A stretch of DNA of 28,031 nucleotides, taken from a virus (lineage: Duplodnaviria > Caudoviricetes). The position numbers were made by a program, and so were the translations under genes. The notes under the pieces are model-generated. The model was not told where the DNA came from, did no database searches, and saw nothing but the letters and a program-made list of their open reading frames with translations. Location: the IMG/VR virus record IMGVR_UViG_3300017735_001469, positions 1 to 28,031 of that record, one strand, 5' to 3'. Below are positions 8,394 through 16,300 of the stretch, piece by piece; position 1 is the stretch's first letter, and every line of letters begins with the position of its first letter.

Positions 8394-8801
8394 TTATGCA
8401 CCTGCTCCAAATGATTCTGGGGAGATCGTTGCATGATCGCCATCATTATATTCTTTACCAAACTGTACACCTGCAGGTTTTTCATCGCTAAATGCTAATA
8501 CACAATCTGCATCTATCATACGTAGTTCGAGCTCGCCGTTGCCATCGTCGATTTTAACGCTACGAGTCCAGCGTCCATGTTCGATTAATATCCAGTCTCC
8601 AACTTGATATGCTGAATCATTTTTAGGACCCTTTGCATGTACTTGGCCCCAACGTGGATAGATGCCACGAGTTTTACCATTATCGTCAGTTATGATAAGT
8701 CCACTCTTGAGAGTTTGTTCTCCAAAGTACATATTTCTTACAATCACTCTGTCGTTAATAGGAGTTAGAGTACCTTGTATTGTATTCATATTTAATGCCA
8801 T
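8394..8801 (-). CDS. groES: GroES-like co-chaperonin (Cpn10)
   Basis: LTPINDRVIV, mobile loop EQTLKSGLII, G.V.A.GP and VGD.IL; no groEL in the window. Confidence 0.85.
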   Translation of the reverse strand: MALNMNTIQGTLTPINDRVIVRNMYFGEQTLKSGLIITDDNGKTRGIYPRWGQVHAKGPKNDSAYQVGDWILIEHGRWTRSVKIDDGNGELELRMIDADCVLAFSDEKPAGVQFGKEYNDGDHATISPESFGAGA

Positions 8802-9232
8802 TAGTCACCTTTTTTTATAAAATTACCATCATCATCTTCTACCCATTCGTCTTTTGTTTGGGTTGATATGGGTTTAGGAGTTACTGTTTTTTTGGGAGCA
8901 GCTGGTTCAGGTATTGATACTTTTGGTTTTTTGGGAATAACTTCTTCGTCAAAGGCCATTAGCTCTTCTTGTTCTGCTTGTGTTAGCTCTTCAGACTGAG
9001 CTACACTTTTTTCGTGTTGTACTGGCTCACTGCCTGCGCTATAATAATCTCTTACAACGTCTTCTCGTTTGCGAATAATCTTTCCGCCTGGTCCTAACTC
9101 GTCGCCTCTAGCATTTACTCTAGCATTTCCGACAGCAGGAGTAAGTTCATTTCTTTTAATCAACATATCTAAGTCCACAACTCTACCTTGCATACTTCTA
9201 TATGTTTTACGACCTTTTTGTCTAGTTCCCAT
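8801..9232 (-). CDS. Hypothetical phage protein (143 aa); basic N-terminus, disordered acidic C-terminus
   Basis: ORF with a GGAG RBS and its own promoter; coupled to groES by TAATG. Confidence 0.8.
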   Translation of the reverse strand: MGTRQKGRKTYRSMQGRVVDLDMLIKRNELTPAVGNARVNARGDELGPGGKIIRKREDVVRDYYSAGSEPVQHEKSVAQSEELTQAEQEELMAFDEEVIPKKPKVSIPEPAAPKKTVTPKPISTQTKDEWVEDDDGNFIKKGD

Positions 9233-9250
9233 GTTTACGTATCTCCAATT

Positions 9251-9282
9251 ATTATATTACAATTACTTATGACATCTGTCAA
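9251..9282 (-). promoter_or_regulatory. Sigma70-type promoter TTGACA-N17-TAATAT(AAT), with an embedded CATAAGTA late-like variant
   Basis: -35 at 9282-9277, -10 TAATAT at 9259-9254 (TATAAT also at 9256-9251); overlaps the end of the B12-rSAM gene. Confidence 0.7.
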
Positions 9283-11143
9283 GTGGTTTTTTATTTTTTG
9301 ATGCAATACATTTCCAATATCCTATTTTTCGTTGATAGTGATATGCTTTTCTATGCCAATCATCATTTGGTTCTGCCTTATCAAAATGATCAATATGTAT
9401 ACAATCTGCGTCAACTCCTAGCATATCACGTGCAACATCTTTTGAAACACTTATAGTTATAGGATATTCCATATCCTTTTCTCTACACATTCTAAGATTG
9501 AGAGCAACAGTGTCACGTACTTTCCACTCTGGTATTAGTTTTGTACTTAGTAAAAAGTTATATAAATCTGTTTCTAATAGTTGTATTGATTTACTTATCC
9601 TTGCACTACTTGCTCCTTTGTACTCCCAAAGCATATCATCACTGCCAAATGCTTGTCTTCCCCACAGCGCACGTTTTGCATATACATCCTCAAAACTTTT
9701 TTTAGTTTCTATATATTCGTCGTGTAATAATCCTGGATTGTGTTTGATCCATTCAAATAACTTGTAGTACAAATCAGTTTCCAAAATATCTTGTTTACGC
9801 ATATACTTTGCTAGATAATGTCCCCAGCCATAATAATACATTAATATTACAAGCCAACTGTACAAATGCCCTTGTATAACTGTTTCGTGATCTGCTGTAC
9901 TTGTAGCATATATAACATCTGTGTATTCTGTGATATACTTTTCGCCTGCATCTAAGTATACAGTATCCAACGCAATCTTACGTACATCCAAACCGTGCTG
10001 TTGTTGATATGCTTTGTTGCCCATTGGAGAGTTGTCTGTTACAACCAGCGGATGTATCATTAGATAGTTATCCTGTCCTGCATCTATTAGTTGCTGTATG
10101 CCAGACTTTAAACTATCAAATGTTTCTCCGGGCAATGGCCATATAAGTTCACTGTATGTAGGAATGCCATCTGCTTGATACTTGTCAAAATAAGTTTTAA
10201 GTTCGTCAAAGTCTAAGTTAAAACGTTCTACTATGTCTAGTGTATTTTCATTGAAACTTTGTAGTGCTACTGTAATGCCTTTGAATATGTCTACATCACT
10301 ATCATGTGCATATTTTGCAATAGCATAGTTTTTATCTTGATTGTTTTTGCTCCATGTTGCGTCCCACCACATTGGATAGCCATATTTCTTTTTTGTTGCA
10401 ATAACATGTTTTGTAAGTTCAAAGTCTCTATCCAACATACCCCAGTTGCTGTCGCACACACTTACATACTCAATACGATTTTTGCCCATCCATTCTATTT
10501 CAGCACGGCAACGCTCCATGTCAAACAGTGTAAGTTTGTTCCAATAACTTTCGCCTATGTCACAAAAACTACAATGATAAGGACAGCCACGCAAACTTTC
10601 CCAAGTGACTTGAAACATTGTATCTGCAGGATACTTTGCCATAATAGGTTCGTAGAATCCTTCTAGTATAGGCGAAGGTATATTGTTGATGTTTTTTCTA
10701 CGCACTGCCGGCTCGGGCATGTGATACAGTGTTTGTACGTTTGGAATAGTTGTCCAGTCATCACCTGCTAATATGCTTTTAAATGCTTCTTCACCTTCGC
10801 CGTGTATAAACGCATCAAACATAGGATGCTTGTCAAAGAAGTCTGGATCGTATTTGTTTATCTGTGGGCCGCCAGTAATAATCTTGCATTGTCTAAATCT
10901 ACGTTTAATTTGTTTAGCAAGTTCTCTATTGTATTCCCAGTTCCATACATAACTGCTCATAGCAACTAGTTCAGGTTGCTGCATGGTTGCTACGTAATCT
11001 TTGGGCTCTATTTTTTCTATAAGAACGTCTTTGAGTGTCCAGTCGTCATTTTTGCCATAGCACCATTGATAGCCTATTGCCAGTGGCAAAAACTTATTGG
11101 GTCCATGATTATCACTTGCTTGAACTAGATATATGTTGCTCAT
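9263..11143 (-). CDS. Cobalamin (B12)-binding radical SAM enzyme (class B methyltransferase-like architecture)
   Basis: N-terminal B12-binding Rossmann-like motifs (LPLAIGY, +AMSSYVWN, ITGGPQ, HGEGE), then ESLRGCPYHCSFC, D+NWG and ELIWPLPGET. Confidence 0.9.
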   Translation of the reverse strand: MSNIYLVQASDNHGPNKFLPLAIGYQWCYGKNDDWTLKDVLIEKIEPKDYVATMQQPELVAMSSYVWNWEYNRELAKQIKRRFRQCKIITGGPQINKYDPDFFDKHPMFDAFIHGEGEEAFKSILAGDDWTTIPNVQTLYHMPEPAVRRKNINNIPSPILEGFYEPIMAKYPADTMFQVTWESLRGCPYHCSFCDIGESYWNKLTLFDMERCRAEIEWMGKNRIEYVSVCDSNWGMLDRDFELTKHVIATKKKYGYPMWWDATWSKNNQDKNYAIAKYAHDSDVDIFKGITVALQSFNENTLDIVERFNLDFDELKTYFDKYQADGIPTYSELIWPLPGETFDSLKSGIQQLIDAGQDNYLMIHPLVVTDNSPMGNKAYQQQHGLDVRKIALDTVYLDAGEKYITEYTDVIYATSTADHETVIQGHLYSWLVILMYYYGWGHYLAKYMRKQDILETDLYYKLFEWIKHNPGLLHDEYIETKKSFEDVYAKRALWGRQAFGSDDMLWEYKGASSARISKSIQLLETDLYNFLLSTKLIPEWKVRDTVALNLRMCREKDMEYPITISVSKDVARDMLGVDADCIHIDHFDKAEPNDDWHRKAYHYQRKIGYWKCIASKNKKPLDRCHK

Positions 11144-11975
11144 AGTCTATTTTCTTTATTCCAACAGGAAATGTTTTCTTAATCTTTTTAGCATTATTAC
11201 ACATAGCACATTGTGGAACACTGTACTTTAAACTAGTTAGTCTTGTTTCGAGATCATTATCGTGTATACTGACAGGCCGATATTGCTGTATTAGATCTGC
11301 GTTTTTTAAGTTGTATCGATCTAACATGCCTTGTGCGCCAACAAGGGCGCCGCATTTGTACAGGCCACCTTTGTAAAAATAATGACAGTCTCGCCACGCA
11401 CACAGTTTATGTGTAAGTTCAGCGTTTCCTTCTCCGTTTATTGTGTGTGTATAAAAATCGTATGTGCCAACAACAACTATTGCAACACGATTATCTACAA
11501 AATATATTTCGTCAAACTCCTCATAGTAATCTGGATCACCATGCCATTCTTTTCCACTTATTTTATTTGTGTTGCTGCCTAGTATCTGCTGTATAGCTAT
11601 ATCTATTTTTTCTTTGTGCATAGGATCGTGATGTTGTATTTCGAGTACAATACCTGCATCTATCCATTTTTTAATATTGTCTATATGCAAGTCTAAGTAT
11701 GTACCGTTTGTACATACTTTTAAATCCTGTGTATCAAAGTATTTGCGCACACCCATTGCCCATTTGTGTATGTCAGGATTTGCAAAGGGCTCTCCGCCTA
11801 TAATACTACAGTCCTCTATATAAACACGTTCACTCCATGCTTTAACAAAGTCTTCGTTGTCTTCCCAACTTTCATGTCCACTTATCTTATAGTTGTTGTA
11901 ACTTAAACAGTTGTTACAAGCAAGATTGCATGTATGGGTAATGTACCATTGACCCATTTCGATGTGATGCTTCAT
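11112..11975 (-). CDS. Radical SAM enzyme with C-terminal auxiliary Cys cluster (paralog B)
   Basis: CNLACNNC, GGEP, TNG and C....C.YFYKG.LYKCG...PQCAMC; colinear with 6490..7398. Confidence 0.9.
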   Translation of the reverse strand: MKHHIEMGQWYITHTCNLACNNCLSYNNYKISGHESWEDNEDFVKAWSERVYIEDCSIIGGEPFANPDIHKWAMGVRKYFDTQDLKVCTNGTYLDLHIDNIKKWIDAGIVLEIQHHDPMHKEKIDIAIQQILGSNTNKISGKEWHGDPDYYEEFDEIYFVDNRVAIVVVGTYDFYTHTINGEGNAELTHKLCAWRDCHYFYKGGLYKCGALVGAQGMLDRYNLKNADLIQQYRPVSIHDNDLETRLTSLKYSVPQCAMCNNAKKIKKTFPVGIKKIDYEQHISSSSK

Positions 11976-12502
11976 CGTAAAAATTCACGCCAATCTAAAT
12001 CATACTTTATACTATCGATACGATGTACACCAATCAAATATAACACATAACTAGCAACACTTGATCCACGTCCTACACCCCATACAATCTCATTCTCACG
12101 CATAAAGTCTACAAGATATATCATATAGCGTAGTAAGTCTTTCATGCCACGTTCTCTAAAAGCATCTAATTCTTGCCATATACGATCTTGTACATGCTGT
12201 GGACAGGGTGTTTCTGCTTTACCTAATACGTATTCATATACGTTAATGTCTTTGTATTCATCAGGCATAAACCATTCACTTTGACATACACCGTCAAAAG
12301 TCTTTTGATCTACATCTAGTGGAATATATTTTTGTAGTTTGTCAAGACCCTGTTCTGCCATAGCCTCATTAAACTTATCTACATCATCTGATTGCTCACA
12401 CAGAACTACATGACACTTGTCAACATGACCAGTATAGATCATATCAACTAAGTCCTTGTTTGTAAACCGTGGGATACCGAGTTCATCTGTTTTCATAAGC
12501 AT
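11972..12502 (-). CDS. dnaE: Stand-alone fragment of DNA polymerase III alpha (family C), ending just before the catalytic PDID motif
   Basis: R+..EL..F......Y+..+VDFMREN.I.WGVGRGSSVASYVLYLIG+..IDSIKYDL.W.EFLR matches DnaE GPGRGSAAGSLVAY.L.IT.+DP+.Y.L.FERFL. Confidence 0.85.
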   Translation of the reverse strand: MLMKTDELGIPRFTNKDLVDMIYTGHVDKCHVVLCEQSDDVDKFNEAMAEQGLDKLQKYIPLDVDQKTFDGVCQSEWFMPDEYKDINVYEYVLGKAETPCPQHVQDRIWQELDAFRERGMKDLLRYMIYLVDFMRENEIVWGVGRGSSVASYVLYLIGVHRIDSIKYDLDWREFLR

Positions 12503-12508
12503 ACATGT

Positions 12509-12537
12509 ATTTTAACTTACATTGATTAAATCGTCAA
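12509..12537 (-). promoter_or_regulatory. Sigma70-type promoter TTGACG-N17-TAAAAT, probably giving a leaderless dnaE-fragment mRNA
   Basis: -35 at 12537-12532, -10 at 12514-12509; ATG 12502 follows after 6 nt with no SD sequence. Confidence 0.65.
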
Positions 12538-12748
12538 GTGAATTATCTTCTTGATCTTCGATTTGTTTTCTTCTAGCTGCTGCTCTACGAGCTTCTATTT
12601 CAAGTTTGTAGCCATCTATTAACAAAATCATTTGCTGTCTTACATCAGGATTATCAGTTATAAAATACATATGATTCAGCTTGAGTAACTTTTCCTCAAG
12701 CTGTGTTTCTGTAAACTCACTTAAATCAGGCTGATGAGGATGTATCAT
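12512..12748 (-). CDS. Hypothetical helical/coiled-coil protein (78 aa)
   Basis: ATGA-coupled to the upstream structural gene. Confidence 0.75.
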   Translation of the reverse strand: MIHPHQPDLSEFTETQLEEKLLKLNHMYFITDNPDVRQQMILLIDGYKLEIEARRAAARRKQIEDQEDNSLDDLINVS

Positions 12749-13335
12749 ACGTTTGCAAATGTTCCTAAATATTGTAGGAAAACATTTGTTCCGTTATCGT
12801 ATGTAAATGCTTTAACAAGATGACTGCGTGTTACTACAGTATTTGTTGTAATAGCTGCACTACCACCAAACTCAGTACTTCCGTCAACTCTCATTTGACT
12901 TGAACCAGCACTATAATCTGCTGCAAATGTTACTGTTCTGTTAACAGCACCATCGCCGTATACTTGTATTAACATTTCGGCATATTCGTTATTGGTTGGC
13001 CAATCCTCAAGAGTTAATGTAACGTCATTAGAAGCTACTATAGTATAAAAATGTCCAGCATCAAAACTAAGGTTTGTATCAACACTAACATTAGTAGGAC
13101 CAACATGTGTTGCAGTTTCTTGTAGTTTGGTATATCTAGAAAGAGTGTTTTCAAAAAAAACATTATCTGCATTTGTTTTAGCAGTATTATCCTGCAAGGT
13201 TTCTATTTCACTTTTTGCACTTGTGAAGTTTGTTTTGATAATATTAAAGTTATCTCTAAATCCTTGACTATTATTATCCTGTCCAGCGACTGGATATGTA
13301 TCGTCGATTGTATCGGGTACAATGTTACTTGCCAT
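12745..13335 (-). CDS. Putative virion structural protein (196 aa)
   Basis: N-terminal YPVAGQDNNSQGFRDNF..IK.NF..A..EI..LQ anchor plus coiled coil, beta-rich C-terminus; GAGG RBS and TATAAATA upstream. Confidence 0.7.
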   Translation of the reverse strand: MASNIVPDTIDDTYPVAGQDNNSQGFRDNFNIIKTNFTSAKSEIETLQDNTAKTNADNVFFENTLSRYTKLQETATHVGPTNVSVDTNLSFDAGHFYTIVASNDVTLTLEDWPTNNEYAEMLIQVYGDGAVNRTVTFAADYSAGSSQMRVDGSTEFGGSAAITTNTVVTRSHLVKAFTYDNGTNVFLQYLGTFANV

Positions 13336-13357
13336 GTTATTTCCTCTCTAGCAACAG

Positions 13358-13365
13358 TATTTATA
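13358..13365 (-). promoter_or_regulatory. T4-type late promoter TATAAATA
   Basis: Exact T4 gp55 consensus, overlapping the upstream stop, about 23 nt before ATG 13335. Confidence 0.7.
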
Positions 13366-16300
13366 CATTTAGTTTGTAATCACTAAACAGAATGAACTGT
13401 TGGTTTTCATTATTTTCTGTTCTATCAACTATATATCTATCTATATCATAATCCAACTGAGTAAAATCAAATTTTGCATTTTGAATATTTTCAATAATAG
13501 TTTGACTTGTACCTGGTTTGCAATAACAAATAGGCATTGCTGTTATATAATCAAGTTCTTGTCCTGTAGTTGTTTGACTGCTTCTCATCCACAACGGTAA
13601 AAACTGTCTATCATTTGCGCCAATATCTGCAATACGTTTTCGCATATTTCCTATGTTGCTAATAAATCTTTTTACATTTTGAGTTTGACTTGCTTTTACA
13701 CCAGCATTGTCAACTGATAATACATTTGTGTTTGGTCTAAATCTAAACGGGTTTCCGCTGCCTGATGTAGTAGTTGAACTACTACGAACAACAACCACTA
13801 GTCCTGTTCTCAGCACTATCTCAAGTTGTCCAAGTGCAGTAATACTAACTTCTCCACTTCGTGTTGCAACTGGAACACTACCACTAGTAGCAGCTATCTT
13901 TACAGGATCGCCTTCTCGCATTGTTATGATAAAACTATCAAGTCCTGTTTCAACAGCACTACCGTCATCTTTGATTTCTAGTTTTACTTGATTTATTTTT
14001 AAATCATTTGCACTAGGAGATGTTATTGATACTGCTGTATTGCCTTTGGTTGGTTGTTGAGGATCAGTTATTTCAACATATACAACTTCGTATAATACTT
14101 CATTGGTGCCTTCTTTTTTAGCAACTGCACTTTTTAGTTCTCCAAACACAAAACGTTTGCGTTTGTGATTTAATGCAGTACTAGCAACAAAGTTAGCTAG
14201 GTTTTTAGATTCAATCCCTGCATATACTAATGTAGTTAAATCTTTTTTAAGGCCAAAGTTTTCGTCATATGGACGATATATATTTTCTGGTGTAAATATT
14301 GTGTAGTCATTGATAAAGTCATTAAAAACTGTACGCTGTGCCGGTTTTAAAAATGGTTTGATAAACACATTTGAATATACCTTATCATCTGTGTCTGTAA
14401 CATTTAGTGTGAACTCTTGTATACTATTACTATAACCAAACAAATCACGTACTAGAACTTTGAATACATATTTTCTATCAATAGTTGTAGTACTATTATC
14501 AAATGTTGTATTCCTATTATCGATAGTAGTTAGCCCAAGTGTTGTTCCTGTAGTATATTGATTAGGTTTTCCAACTATTTCGCCGTCACGTTTTAGTGTC
14601 AATCCATTAGGCAACTTACCACCAACTAAATCATATCTTAGATTGCTGCCTACTAACGTGGTATTGGCTACTAGTTGTAAATAACTAGTTCGATTGGCAG
14701 GAATAGTACCTAAGTTTGGATCTGTTATCCAAGTTACTGTACTATCAACTTCTCCAAGTATGTTTACAGTAAATGTTTTTATAGTACTTATTGTGTCGAC
14801 ATTTGTTACACCAATTTTCTTAGTAATCAATGTGTCTTTAAACACTCCTAATGTAATTTGCGGACCTGATTGTTCATCTAATATGTTTGATAGATTGAAT
14901 GTACGTTGTAGTGTATTATCTAAAAATACTTTAAAGAACTGTTGTCCACGATTTATTTCTAAGTTTCCATATACACTATCATCTGTATGAAATAGATTTT
15001 GATTCATAATAGTATTTTCAACAATAGAGTTTCTTGGAATATCAAATACTAGTTGTGTAGATGTTGCACTTACTCTTTTGTACAAGTATGTAGTATCAAT
15101 CCCTGCACCTGCTAACCAAGTTTCAAAGTCTGCTACATAATCACCTGTGTCTGCTATATTAGCAACACTGTAATCTAAATCTAATGATCCTGCACTATCG
15201 CCAGCATCGATAGTATATCTTATCATCGTATGCCATTTGCGTGTAATAGTTGTTCCAGGAATATTTTGTTTATCGTTATCTACTAAAACATATACTTCTG
15301 ATGCACTATAGTTTAGTGTTTTATTCTTCCAGGCAGCAACTCTATTATCGCCATCATCAAGAATGTATATATAATCTTGTCCAATAGCATTATTGTATGC
15401 AGTCTTAATGCGCTTGGCTTTGTATGTTGGCTCTAAAGGTCTACTAAGATTTAATAAATCATACTCTGAGTTATCGCCATTAACACTGCGTATAGTGTAG
15501 CTTAGGTTGTCAATAACTATGTTTTCTTCTATAAGACTTAATAAATCGTCGACACCATCGTCTCTATTAATCGGAAGTTTGTTTATTTTTATTTGAGAGT
15601 TGCCAGTAAGTGTATCTTCATATACGCCAGCATTTATTTCCACCACATCGTTGCTGTCGACTTCTTGTCGTAATGCTTCAATAGTAAACTTATATTCTTT
15701 ATTAACAGCTGGTTGATATGGCACTGTTCCTGCTAACTCACCTGTTATTCCATCAAGTACTAATCCCGGAGGCAGCACACTCGGAGTACCATCATCATTG
15801 AATGGTTGTTGATTATAACTTATTTCTCCTAGTAAAGAGTTTGGATCGTATACATCTAAGAAAATAGTAACATAGTTTTCTGCTCTTTTAACGCCAAGGT
15901 TTCCTGAAGTTAGCCATATAGGTTTGCGCAGATATGTGTTGTCTGCTGTAAATAATCCTGTTGCTGCTTTCATAATAGTATTGTCAGAACGTAGGAAATC
16001 ATCTCCTACAACAAAAATACCAAACTCACGTTTACTAAAGCTAGTATCATCTTCAACTGTAACAGTAAATGTATACTTGCGATTTAGTTTAGTAGGACGT
16101 CTTGTTGGCGTACTAAATCCATAAAATGTAGTGTCATAAAAATAACTATCGTATCCGTCGTCATCTAGTACAACTAAATCCAAAGGAACAGTATCGTATT
16201 CTCCAGTATCATAACCAGTTGTATCATTTACATCCAAGGACAATAATGGATCAACTATTCCTGATATCTTTCCATCCTCAGATAGTTTTAATCCAGGAGG

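Noticed and set aside
6490-11975. rSAM genes as QueE (7-deazaguanine pathway) or NrdG activase
   Set aside because: No folE/queD/queC/dpdA or nrdD is in the window, and the C-terminal Cys-rich extensions do not fit those compact families. Genes outside the window could change this.
11972-12502. dnaE fragment as a pseudogene or split-intein gene
   Set aside because: It has a clean ORF with its own promoter and a coupled downstream gene, no continuation of DnaE after the stop, and no intein-like sequence.
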